Assembly (NCBI GenBank): GCA_024639645.1
Contig: JAHEIB010000003.1
Span: 1 to 43,351 of the forward strand
DNA length: 43,351 nt
DNA from: Deltaproteobacteria bacterium
GTDB taxonomy: Bacteria > Desulfobacterota > Desulfobacteria > Desulfobacterales > B30-G6
Reading direction: 5' to 3'
Positions within the stretch are counted from its first letter, which is position 1; the number at the start of each line of letters is the position of its first letter. Both the position numbers and the translations under genes were made by a program. Shown in pieces: positions 13,822-23,538 of the stretch. The notes below the pieces were generated by a model, which did no database searches, had not been told where the DNA came from, and was given only the letters and a program-made list of their open reading frames with translations.

Positions 13822-14212
13822 TACGCAGATGCAACTTCCGGGTTCGTGGCCCATCGAATTCACAGAAGAATATTCCCTGCCAGGTTCCCAGTACCAGCTG
13901 TCCGTTTTCGATGGCGATCATCTCAGAAGCGCCCACCAGTGTCGATTTGATATGTGCAGGTGAATTCCCCTCCATATGACGATAGCCCGCTTTCCAGGGG
14001 ATAACCTGGTTGAGTACCATCAATATGTCCGATGGGACACTTGGATCCGCGCTTTCGTTGATTGTTACTGCGGCAGTGGTGTGGGGAACGTACAGAAAGC
14101 AGAATCCATCCTGTATATCGTGGGATTGTAGTGCTGTCCTTATCTTGTTGGTAATATCGATAAGTTCTGTCTGCTGTTTTGTTTTAATGGTCAGGATCAT
14201 AACATCTTCCAT
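13805..14212 (-). CDS. yjbQ: YjbQ/UPF0047 family protein
   Basis: PHTTAAVTINE.ADP, HMEGNSPAHIK, LGTWQGIFFCEFDGPR; start may be the ATG at 14200. Confidence 0.9.
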   Translation of the reverse strand: MEDVMILTIKTKQQTELIDITNKIRTALQSHDIQDGFCFLYVPHTTAAVTINESADPSVPSDILMVLNQVIPWKAGYRHMEGNSPAHIKSTLVGASEMIAIENGQLVLGTWQGIFFCEFDGPRTRKLHLRISSKL

Positions 14213-14247
14213 GGAATAACCGGGCTGATCGGCAGCATGGGCTCAAC

Positions 14248-14280
14248 AAAAAAAGGCTCTGCAGGAGCTGCAGAGCCTTT
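14248..14280 (-). terminator. Rho-independent terminator of dsrC
   Basis: AAAGGCTCTGCAG-gag-CTGCAGAGCCTTT with a U7 tract on the minus strand. Confidence 0.88.
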
Positions 14281-14321
14281 GTCATGAACAAGTACAGTCA
14301 ATCGATTTACCGATCAGGTGG

Positions 14322-14639
14322 TTATACACACCCGGTTGGTTTCGGCAGACCGGCCATCTTACATGCTCCCTTGCCTGGTCCTGATGGAAAGAGCTCGTAG
14401 ATGTGTTTCAGTTTGAATCCAGTCACTTTTGAAAGGACACGAACCATCGGTGCAATCCCATTTTTCTCATAGTACTCTCTGAGAACCGTGATGACTTTCT
14501 GGTGTTCATCGTTCAATTCTTCGATTCCCTCTTCTTTCTTTACCAACTGAACCCATTCGGCACTCCAGTTTTCATAGGAATCGATGAATCCATCCTCGTC
14601 AACACCAAATGTTTTACCCATAAATTCTACTTCCGGCAT
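14322..14639 (-). CDS. dsrC: Dissimilatory sulfite reductase partner protein DsrC
   Basis: 105 aa; VDEDGF, YELFPSGPGKGACKMAGLPKPTGCV with both C-terminal Cys (CX10C). Confidence 0.96.
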   Translation of the reverse strand: MPEVEFMGKTFGVDEDGFIDSYENWSAEWVQLVKKEEGIEELNDEHQKVITVLREYYEKNGIAPMVRVLSKVTGFKLKHIYELFPSGPGKGACKMAGLPKPTGCV

Positions 14640-14718
14640 TTAACAACCCTCCTTTATTTAATAATAGATTTTCTTCTGCTAGGTCTTTTACAGACCTTAA
14701 TAATTTTAGGAAGAATAT

Positions 14719-14747
14719 TTAATAAATGATAAGTGAATCATTGTCAA
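14719..14747 (-). promoter_or_regulatory. Putative sigma70 promoter for dsrC, with a palindrome in the spacer
   Basis: Minus strand TTGACA-17 nt-TATTAA; AATGAT-N6-ATCATT overlaps the spacer. Confidence 0.45.
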
Positions 14748-14776
14748 CACGAAAAATAGGGATGTTGCATCCTCAA

Positions 14777-15619
14777 TTAATATTCCCTGGGAGTTTGGTT
14801 GATCTGGTCCAGTGTAAACACGGGCCCGTCCTTGCACACAAGTTCTTTACCGATACCGCACCGGCCACACATACCGAAACCACATTTCATTCGATTCTCC
14901 AGGGACATGATGATGTGGTCATGGGCATAGCCTAGCTTTTCGAGCACCGGCAGCGTAAATTTAATCATGACCGGTGGGCCGCAGACAATTGCATAGGTGT
15001 CGTCATCGCCCTGGGGTGCTTTCTGTTCCGTTACCGGGGGGGTGAAACCCACATTGTATTCCCACCCTTCGGCAGGGGCATCGATGGTGAGATGCATATT
15101 GATGTCATCCCGTTTTTCCCACTCCACCAGTTCATTTTTGTAAAGCAGCATCCCAGGTGTCCGGGCACCGTAAACAACATCAATATTTCCGAATTTCGGT
15201 CGGTTAGCAGGATCCAGCATATAGACGATGGAAGAGCGAAGGGTTGTAAATGCAAAACCGCCACCCACAATAAGGATGTTTTTTCCTTCCAAAAAATCCC
15301 AGGGATACCAGTTCCCAAGGGGGCCACGCAGACCCATGATGTCGCCGACCTTCATGTTGTGAAGATGTGATGTCACCACACCGGCTTTAAATACGGTGAA
15401 TTTTACAAAACCCTTTTCAACCGGTGAAGAAGCGATGCCAATGGGGATTTCTCCGACACCTGCCACGGAAAGTTCTGCAAACTGACCGGCCTGGTAGGAA
15501 AATTTTTCCTCATCACCGTCATTTAAGAACACATATTTGAATGTTTTCAAACTTTTATCTTCGGTCGCAACCTCTATGTCATCGATACGAACCGGATAAG
15601 GTACATATGGATTTTGCAC
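14777..15619 (-). CDS. flxA: FlxA: FAD/NAD-binding [2Fe-2S] flavin oxidoreductase (AsrB/PyrK-like)
   Basis: RGPLGN, VGGG, YGART, VCGPPVM, MKCGFGMCGRC...CKDGPVF; GTG start after GGAGGA (track start 15631). Confidence 0.85.
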   Translation of the reverse strand: MQNPYVPYPVRIDDIEVATEDKSLKTFKYVFLNDGDEEKFSYQAGQFAELSVAGVGEIPIGIASSPVEKGFVKFTVFKAGVVTSHLHNMKVGDIMGLRGPLGNWYPWDFLEGKNILIVGGGFAFTTLRSSIVYMLDPANRPKFGNIDVVYGARTPGMLLYKNELVEWEKRDDINMHLTIDAPAEGWEYNVGFTPPVTEQKAPQGDDDTYAIVCGPPVMIKFTLPVLEKLGYAHDHIIMSLENRMKCGFGMCGRCGIGKELVCKDGPVFTLDQINQTPREY

Positions 15620-15653
15620 GTGGTCCTCCATTTATTTCTTTGCTCTTATATGC

Positions 15654-16718
15654 CTATTCCTGCACTGCGCAGGCCTGTTCATCTACTTTATGATCATTCA
15701 TCAACGCACAAACTTTTCGGATATCGATGTTGACAGGGCACTGGTTGACACACCGGCCGCAACCGACACACATGATGCCCTGGTCGTATTTGTCTACAAA
15801 ATACTTCAATTTATGCATAAACCGCTGTCGAACCCGCTGAAGTTTGGTGCCCCGGGGGTTGTGACCGGTGGTATGCAGGGTAAAGAGCGGGAACATACAG
15901 CTGTCCCAGTTCTTAAAGCGTTTCCCGGATTTGCCGTGAATTTCATCCTGAAGGTCAAAGCACCAGCAGGTGGGGCAGGTGTATGTACAGGTGCCGCAGT
16001 TGAGACAGGCAAATGAGATATCTTCCCAGAAAGGGGCTTCATGCAGATCCAGAATGTCCTGACCTTTCAGGTTGTCTGTTGCGATGGTGGATATAATTTT
16101 GGCTTCTGCTGCTTTCTTTTTAGCATCGAAAAGGGTTGTGTCCTCATCGACCGCTTCCAGGCCTGCGGTACTGAGAAAATTCCCGCCTTTTTCGGTCAAA
16201 ATCTTGACCAGATATGTTTCCCCTTCATCCGCCAGAAGAAGATCCAGGCCCTCCTCATGATAGGGGCCGCATCCTACAGAGGTGCAGAAACAGGTGCTTT
16301 TAGGCGTATCACAGGCCAGGCCGATGAATGTGGTGGCCGCCAGTGCTTTTACCCAATAGGGATCCTTGTATTCGGATGTGTCGAAATTGAGGTTTACCAG
16401 GGTTACGGCTTTGGCGTCACAGGGTCGAATACCCAATACCGCACGGGGTGAATCATCCGTCTCAATGGCCTTCATGACATGGTGATCCTCATCACGCTCA
16501 TCAAGAGAATATTCAACAATGGCTTCGGATTGTGGAAAAAGTAGTGATTTGGGTGACAAGCGCGTGTTCAGAAAGGAAAAATCAGGTTGTTCGCCCTCTT
16601 TGAGCGCCTTGAAGCTATAATAGGAATCCTCCTTGACCGGTCCCAACAATCGGAAGGATTTTTTTAGCGATTCCAATCCTTCTGCCCACTGCTTTTTGTC
16701 GATTTTTACTAATTTCAT
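15654..16718 (-). CDS. flxB: FlxB: 4Fe-4S dicluster protein (AsrA-like)
   Basis: GIRPCD, CFCTS, CLNCGTCTYTCPTCWCF, WDSC, RQRFMHK, CVGCGRCVNQCP. Confidence 0.85.
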   Translation of the reverse strand: MKLVKIDKKQWAEGLESLKKSFRLLGPVKEDSYYSFKALKEGEQPDFSFLNTRLSPKSLLFPQSEAIVEYSLDERDEDHHVMKAIETDDSPRAVLGIRPCDAKAVTLVNLNFDTSEYKDPYWVKALAATTFIGLACDTPKSTCFCTSVGCGPYHEEGLDLLLADEGETYLVKILTEKGGNFLSTAGLEAVDEDTTLFDAKKKAAEAKIISTIATDNLKGQDILDLHEAPFWEDISFACLNCGTCTYTCPTCWCFDLQDEIHGKSGKRFKNWDSCMFPLFTLHTTGHNPRGTKLQRVRQRFMHKLKYFVDKYDQGIMCVGCGRCVNQCPVNIDIRKVCALMNDHKVDEQACAVQE

Positions 16719-16741
16719 AATCAATTGCCTTATATAGGGTC

Positions 16742-16836
16742 ATTTGTGTTTTGTGTTTTGTAATGTTGTCACGTGCCGGCGTTCACATTGAAATCCTGCT
16801 CCAGACACCAACCACTAAATACCCAACACCAATCAC
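16742..16836. repeat. Degenerate 7-nt repeats (TTTGTGT and ACACCAA-like) in inverted arrangement between flxC and flxB
   Basis: atttgtgttttgtgttttgtaatgttgt ... acaccaaccactaaatacccaacaccaatcact. Confidence 0.55.
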
Positions 16837-17780
16837 TTAATAAAATCATTTGGATCATTCGGCCGGTATGTATCAAGGGGAGGTCTTTCGTCGAGACTCA
16901 TCCCGGCTTCCCAGCCGAACTGTTCGAAACAGTCTTTTTCCAGCTTTTTGGTGAAAACCCGCATATTGATCCCCACCGGGCAGGCACGTTCGCATGCCCC
17001 GCAGTCGGTACACCGTCCGGCGCAGTGAAAGGCCCGTAAGAAATGAAACGTTCTCACATCCGTAGGGTCCTGTCCTTTGCCCACCCACTGGGGTTTTGCT
17101 TCATCCACGAAACACGTGGGACAATAACAGAGGGGACAGGCATTTTTGCAGGCATAGCAGCGGATGCAGGGTGACAGGAGCGATTCAAAATAATCCCATT
17201 TTTCCTGGGTATCCATGGCTTCAATTTCTTGCACATCCGCATACCGGTCCACATCCTGTTGTTCTTCAACCTTTTCCGCAGCAAGCTCGTCATAAAAAAC
17301 CGGGTTGCGATGCGTACAGACCGCGCAGTTTTTCTGAAGGACATCTGATTTGTTCAAGGGGGTTTCCTTGCCGCCTGCCGTCACCAGGATTTTTTCTCCG
17401 TTTTCGGTCACAGTCTGAATTTCATCCGCAAAAAGGGTGGCAATTTTGTGCTTGTCGATCATGCCCTTGCAGGGGACACCGATCACCACGAGCTGCTCCC
17501 GGCTGATTTTGTTCTCAATGATATGGGTTGCGATGTTTCTCGTGTCACAGCCTTTGGCGACGATACCGATCCTCTCTTTTCGATCGGTGAGGTAGTTGGC
17601 CAGGTTGATACCGCAATTGCTGTCCCAGACAAATTGTCCGACATCCTCAGGTGTTCTGGCAAAGCAGGGTTCATTCATCATGGGCAGGGTTCCCTTGCGG
17701 AATCCAATGACCATCTCCACCGAGCAGTCTTTTAACAGGCGTTCGGAAATTTCTTTAATTTTATCTATATAATCTAACAT
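16833..17780 (-). CDS. flxC: FlxC: 4Fe-4S dicluster protein (FdhB C-terminal-like)
   Basis: AKGCD, GVPC.G, CIRCYACKNACPLCYCPTCF, AGRCTDCGACERACP; position between flxD and flxB. Confidence 0.82.
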   Translation of the reverse strand: MLDYIDKIKEISERLLKDCSVEMVIGFRKGTLPMMNEPCFARTPEDVGQFVWDSNCGINLANYLTDRKERIGIVAKGCDTRNIATHIIENKISREQLVVIGVPCKGMIDKHKIATLFADEIQTVTENGEKILVTAGGKETPLNKSDVLQKNCAVCTHRNPVFYDELAAEKVEEQQDVDRYADVQEIEAMDTQEKWDYFESLLSPCIRCYACKNACPLCYCPTCFVDEAKPQWVGKGQDPTDVRTFHFLRAFHCAGRCTDCGACERACPVGINMRVFTKKLEKDCFEQFGWEAGMSLDERPPLDTYRPNDPNDFIK

Positions 17781-17781
17781 G

Positions 17782-18213
17782 TTAAGCTACCTTGGCGTCA
17801 TTTTTTTTAAAATGCTGTTGCGGTCCCAGGGCTTTCACCTTTTCGGTCACCTCTTTGACCACTTTCACAAATTTTGTGGATTCGGCCGAGGAGATCCAGG
17901 AGAAATGGATACGATCAGACTCGATACCCATGTGTTCCATCAGGTTCATGAAAAGCGAAAATTTTCGACGAGCATAGTAATTACCTTCCAGGTAATGGCA
18001 TTCGCCGGGATGTCACCCGGACACCCAAACACCGTCCGCACCTTCCCGAAGTGCGGCCAATGCAAACTTGGGACTCATTCTACCGGTACAGGGTATCCGG
18101 ATAACCCGAATATTGGAGGGATACTCCATTCTACTGACACCGGCAAGATCTGCAGCGCCATAGCTGCACCAGTTGCACAGGAAACTGACAATTTTCGGTT
18201 CCCATTCAGACAT
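17782..18213 (-). CDS. flxD: FlxD/MvhD [2Fe-2S] subunit, probable selenoprotein (UGA at 18013-18015)
   Basis: [15 protein letters not shown]...PCTGR...[23 protein letters not shown]...KVA*. The frame continues to TAA at 17782 (143 aa) and the UGA replaces the Cys of GCHPGxCHY. Confidence 0.9.
17980..17996 (-). promoter_or_regulatory. Bacterial SECIS-like hairpin of flxD
   Basis: ATTACC-TGGAA-GGTAAT starting 16 nt 3' of the UGA, with G in the loop. Confidence 0.75.
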
Positions 18214-18345
18214 TTTTTTGTCTCCTCTCTCAATTGTGTCTTGTTTGCTATTACATATTGATAAGAGATCGAATTTCGATCTCCATATAGCCTTTTTGGG
18301 GTTTAGACTGCATCCTTTTAGGTGCCGTCAGCTCTAGACTGTTAG

Positions 18346-18380
18346 CAACCCTCGAACCCTCGGTCCCTTGGACCCTTCAG
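18346..18380. repeat. 8-nt tandem repeats (CCCTYGRA-like)
   Basis: caaccctcgaaccctcggtcccttggacccttcag. Confidence 0.65.
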
Positions 18381-18407
18381 TTCTTGTATCTCCCTCCGAC
18401 CCTATCG

Positions 18408-21400
18408 CTACACTGCCTCATTCATCGAAAAAATCTGCGAAAAAATCTGATCATTATCAAATCCTTTCAGACGGATCGCTCCCGATCGGCAGGAAGCGAC
18501 ACAAAGACCGCAGCCCTTGCACAGAACTGAATTGATTTGCGCTTTTCCAGCAAAGGGACCCTCTTCCAAAAATGAGGGCGCATTGTAGGGGCATATGGAT
18601 ATGCATACACCGCAGGAACTGCAGTCCGCCTGTGTGGTGGCCGCTACCGTTCCGCTCGTAAATATTATCTGGCGTGAAAGCAATGTGATGGCACGCGAAG
18701 CGGCAGCTTTCCCCTGTGCGATGGACTCATCGATGGGTTTGGGATAATGGGCCAGACCACAGAGAAAAACCCCGTCGGTTGCAAATTCCGATGGCCCCAA
18801 TTTAGCGTGTTTTTCTACAAAAAAACCATCGTCGTTCAAAGGCACCTTGAAAAACTGGGCCAGTGCTTCATCTTTATTGGGTATGACGGCGGACGCAAGG
18901 GAAAGCAGATCTGCGCCAATTTCTATGGGGCGACCCAGTACATGATCTGTGATTTTGACAGTGATGTTGTTTCCATCAATGAGGACCTCAGGTTTGTTTT
19001 CCAAGGTATAGCGAATAAAAATAACGCCGGCTTCACGCGCCTTTCTATAAAGGATCTCTCTTTCTCCATATGTCCGGATATCCCGGTATAAGATATAGAC
19101 ACTCATTTCCGGGTTTCGTTTCTTCAATTCCAATGCATTGTCGATTGAATGCGTACAACATACGCGCGAGCAGTATTGACGATCCGGCTCTCTAGAACCG
19201 ACACACTGTATAAAAACTGCCGAATTTAGACTTTTGAGCGTAGGATCCCCTTCAATCAGTTTTTTATCCAACTCAAGGCTCGTTATAATTCGTGAATCTT
19301 TTCCATAATGATATTCCTTTGGCTCTAATGCTGCCGCCCCCGTGGCAAGTATTGCCACACCATGCTCCAAAACCTGATCATCGCCATTTGAAGACAGTTT
19401 GGTCTTAAAATTGCCGACAAAGCCTTCGACCTCTGTCAGTTTTGTATTCAAGTGTACCGTTATTTTGTCGTCTGAATTGATTTCACTGTTGAGGGTCGAC
19501 AACCTTTCCTGTATGTCTTCGCCTTTGGCTGTCTTAAACAGGCTGAGTGCCTGGCCGCCAAGCTGAGAGTTTTGTTCCACGATATGTGTTTCGTATCCCT
19601 GGGCCGAAAGACTTTGTGCAGCAGCCATACCAGCAACGCCACCGCCAACGATGAGTGCCGTCTGGTTGACCTCTAATTCAGCTTCTTTAAGAGGCTCCAT
19701 GAGGGCAACCTTTGAGACGGCCATTCGAACCAGATCCTTTGCCTTTTCCGTTGCCAGATCGGGATTGTTTTTATGGACCCAGGAGTTTTGATTTCGGATA
19801 TTGCACATTTCAAACAGGTATTTGTTCAAACCGGCATTGATGAGTGTTTCCTGGAAAAGCGGTTCGTGGGTCTTTGGCGTGCATGCTGCCACCACGACCC
19901 TGTTTAGATTTTTTTCCTTGATGATCTGAGATATGACTTCCTGTGTGTCCTGAGAACACGAATATAGGTTATCGGTTGCAAAGTCTACATAGGGAAGAGA
20001 TGCCGCATATTCTGCCACACCGGGCACATCAACGACACCGGCGATATTGATACCACATTTACAGACAAATACGCCAATCCGGGGACGCTCACCAAATATG
20101 TTTTTTTCTACTAATTTTTCAGGGGTCTTGGTAAGTGAGTTACGTGCGGCCGCCAATTTTTCTCCGGCTGCAGCCGCTGCTGCGCTGGCGTCAACAACAG
20201 CCTGGGGTATATCTTTGGGCCCCTGAAATGCACCACAAACATAAATGCCTTCCTTCGATGTAAGGACCGGATCGAATGATGAGGTTTTACAGAAGTTTCC
20301 TTCAGTGAGATCAACGTCCAGTTTTTGCGCCAGACTCACGATCTCAGGAGATGTCTCAAGACCGACTGAGAGAACGATCATATTGTATATTTCTGATACG
20401 ATTTCTCCATTTTCTGTAACATATCTGATTTCAAGGTCATCTGTTTCCGGAACCGGATTGACTGTGTGAACACGACTTCTGATAAAATTGATGCCATGTT
20501 TGGTTTTCGCGTTTTCGTAAAATCGCTCAAATTCCTTTCCGTGTGTTCGCATGTCCATATAGAAAACAGAGCAATCCAGGTCCTCCCCGATATGCTCTTT
20601 TGCAATGACCGCTTCCTTGATGGCATACATGCAGCATACGGAAGAACAATAAAAATTATCGCATTTATTCAGATCCCTGGAGCCAACACACTGGAACCAG
20701 GCAATTTTTTTTGGTTCGGCTTTGTCTTTTGAACGCCGTGAAACATGCCCCATGGTGGGTCCAGACGCTGACAGAATTCTTTCGAATTCCATCGACGTGA
20801 CCACATTTGGCAAGTTGGCATACTGGTAGTTGTCAAAGCGTGAAGGATCAAAAGGTTTAAACCCGGGTGCAAGAATTACGGAACCTACCTGAAGGGTATG
20901 TTTTTCCTCTTTTTGGTCGAAATCGATTGCATCGGCTTCGCAGAATTTTTTACAGGCACCGCACTTGCCTTTTTTCAGATAAATGCAGGAATCGGGGTCA
21001 ATGGCATATTTCAACGGAACAGCCTGGGCATATTCAACATATGCTGATTTTCGCTTTGCCAGGCCCATGTTGTAGGTATCGATTATCTTTTTAGGACATT
21101 TTTCAGCACAGATGCCACAGGCGATACATTTGGACTCATCTATATATCTGGGATGCTGGGTAAGTTCGACTTTAAAATTGCCGGCTTCTCCGGTGATTTC
21201 TTCAATTTCGCTGAGTGTTCGTATTTCAATGTTTAAGTGCCGGCCGACCTCGACCAGTTTCGGTGAGATAATTCACATGGCACAATCATTGGTAGGAAAT
21301 GTTTTATCCAACTGTGACATGGCGCCACCGATGGAGGGACCTTTCTCTACCAGATATACATAATACCCGGAATCGGCAAGATCCAATGCGGACTGCATAC

Positions 21401-21452
21401 CAGCGATACCGCCACCAACGACCATGACCGATCCAATTAAATCTTTAGGCAT
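18408..21452 (-). CDS. hdrA: Heterodisulfide reductase subunit A-like flavoprotein (two FAD modules), probable selenoprotein (Sec60)
   Basis: ATG 21452 after AGGAGA: MPKDLIGSVMVVGGGIAG...LDKTFPTNDCAM-TGA(21273-21275)-IISPKLVEVGRH...CIACGICAEKCP, in frame with the 886-aa track ORF; 1014 aa total. QCVGSR and YCS..CC motifs occur twice; C-terminal ferredoxin. Confidence 0.92.
21240..21257 (-). promoter_or_regulatory. Bacterial SECIS-like hairpin of hdrA
   Basis: CTGGTCG-AGGT-CGGCCGG (7 bp including two G-U) starting 15 nt 3' of the UGA. Confidence 0.7.
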
Positions 21453-21752
21453 GACCTCTATCTCCTGGGTTAGGTGTTTAATCGTTTAATTGATGTCGTG
21501 AACCATAATCGCTATCAAGCGTTTAGCAGGATCGACAGACGATTTGTCGAAAACGATGGTTCAAGAACCAATTGAGTTGTGTATATTGTGCTAAATTGGT
21601 TGTCAATAGTATTCCATGAATTTTGTTCGAAATGGTTTCGTTTATGTTCGGGGTCATAAAAAGGCCATAAGTCAGTGTTGTCAAGGTAGGTGTCAATGGT
21701 CTATATTTAATATCAATTGAGGCTATGGGCACAGTATGGTGAGACAGATAAA

Positions 21753-22703
21753 ATGGGCAACGACATTGAAATGATAAAACCAAAAGCCATCATTCTCTGC
21801 GGTCCGACAGGCATCGGCAAGACATCTTTTGCCATCCAACTGGCCAGATCATTCCAGGGAGAAATCATCGGTGCGGACTCCATGCAGATTTACAGGCATA
21901 TGGATATCGGCACGGCCAAACCGACCCCGGCAGAACGATCCATGGTTCCCCATCACATGGTGGATATCATCGATCCGGACGTGTCCTTCGATGCGGAGTC
22001 CTATGCCACACTGTCACTTCCCATTGTAATGGCATTGCAGGCGCGTCAGGTCGTACCGCTCGTGGTGGGGGGCACGGGTCTTTATATCAAATCCTTGATT
22101 TATGGTCTGTTTGGTGCGCAGCCCAGGGACGAAAAGATTCGGATTCGGCTGAAACAAAAGCTTGAAAAAGAGGGGGCAGAGGTTCTTTTTGAGCGCTTGA
22201 AACAGGTCGATCCTGTTGCTGCGCGAAAATTACACGTCAATGATACCTACCGTATCATACGTGCTTTGGAGGTATATGAAACAGCAGGGGTTCCCATTTC
22301 CGTATATCAGCAGCGACACCGGTTTCAGGAAAGCAGACTGACGACACTGAAATTTGGCCTGCATATGGAGCGGGACCGGCTTTATGAACGGATCGACCAG
22401 CGTGTGGACATGATGATCCAGGCGGGTCTTCTGGATGAAGTCAGGCGCCTGCGGGAGGCAGGGTATTCCGGCGCGTTGAAATCCATGCAGTCCATCGGTT
22501 ATCGTCACATGGGTGATTTTCTGGAAGGTCGTATGGACTGGCCGGAAACCATCCGGACCTTGAAACGGGACACCCGGCGATATGCCAAACGCCAGATCAC
22601 ATGGTTCAAGACCGACAGGGAAATTGTCTGGGTAGACCCGGTTGTTTCAGAGGATGTGAAAAACAGGATTCAAAAATTCCTGTCAGATCGATCAGGCGTT
22701 TAA
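21753..22703 (+). CDS. miaA: tRNA dimethylallyltransferase
   Basis: GPTGIGKT, DSMQIY..MDIGTAKP, VGGTGLY, TRRYAKRQ.TWF; start 21753 or 21771. Confidence 0.96.
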   Translation: MGNDIEMIKPKAIILCGPTGIGKTSFAIQLARSFQGEIIGADSMQIYRHMDIGTAKPTPAERSMVPHHMVDIIDPDVSFDAESYATLSLPIVMALQARQVVPLVVGGTGLYIKSLIYGLFGAQPRDEKIRIRLKQKLEKEGAEVLFERLKQVDPVAARKLHVNDTYRIIRALEVYETAGVPISVYQQRHRFQESRLTTLKFGLHMERDRLYERIDQRVDMMIQAGLLDEVRRLREAGYSGALKSMQSIGYRHMGDFLEGRMDWPETIRTLKRDTRRYAKRQITWFKTDREIVWVDPVVSEDVKNRIQKFLSDRSGV

Positions 22704-22959
22704 AATTAATATCGGTATTGCTGTGGATAAGAAAATTATTTTTGACAAGCTCTTTTGACATGGTCATATTAGATATAGTCGTGATTGAAATACAATCCGG
22801 ATAGACTGCTTGGTGGGCCCCGACAATGCTGTTGTCCGGGAAGAGAATAGCCTTTTTATCAAGAAAACACGAAAGGACGGGAACACGGAAAAGACCAGGA
22901 GGGTCTTCGTATTTTTATAAATTTTTTAATAGGTTATTATACTAGGAAAGGAAAAAGAA

Positions 22960-23463
22960 ATGACAGGTAATAATAGTCATACACAAGGGATGTATGGATG
23001 GATATTGTTTGTCGCTATACTGTTTGCCATGGGAGCCGGCGCTACTTTTGCTGAAGGGCCCAAGGACATGGGCGGATGGGAATTGGGCAGCACCTACAAC
23101 CAGTACTACGATGCATCAGAGATGGACCGCATCAGATGCACCGTCAAAAAGGTAACCACCGTGGTGCCGCTGAAGGGTATGGCCCCGGCTGTGATACTCC
23201 TTGTGGAGGAATCAAAAGGGGACACGACCCCGGTGCATATCTGCCCTGAGTGGTATCTGGGAGTCAAAGATATCGGGATCAAGAAAGGTGACAGGCTTAA
23301 AATAAGGGGTTCATGGGCGGAAATCAACGACGAATTCATTTTCATGGCTTCCAAGATCAAAAAAGGCGACTACTTTGAATTGAAGGTCAGACTGACTTCA
23401 AGTGGAAAGCCTTTCTGGACCATGGGGCCCGAAGAACTGGCCAAGGAAACAGCCAGTAATTAG
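22960..23463 (+). CDS. Exported hypothetical protein, probable small beta-barrel (OB-like) fold
   Basis: Signal peptide, then PVHICPEWYL...KKGDRLKIRGS...LR...GKPFW; purine-rich SD; 167 aa. Confidence 0.7.
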   Translation: MTGNNSHTQGMYGWILFVAILFAMGAGATFAEGPKDMGGWELGSTYNQYYDASEMDRIRCTVKKVTTVVPLKGMAPAVILLVEESKGDTTPVHICPEWYLGVKDIGIKKGDRLKIRGSWAEINDEFIFMASKIKKGDYFELKVRLTSSGKPFWTMGPEELAKETASN

Positions 23464-23538
23464 AGTATTTTTCGGGTATGGCATGCGTATCAGAAATAGA
23501 AGCGGCAAGGTCGCGTTTTACAAGATCGCCAAGCAAAT

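Noticed and set aside
18013-18213. 66-aa truncated MvhD or pseudogene
   Set aside because: The UGA aligns with a conserved Cys, the downstream frame is intact and a SECIS-like hairpin follows; selenocysteine is the better explanation.
22862-22910. c-di-GMP-I (GEMM) riboswitch
   Set aside because: Superficial GAAA/ACGGAAA resemblance only; the P2 and P3 stems cannot be built.
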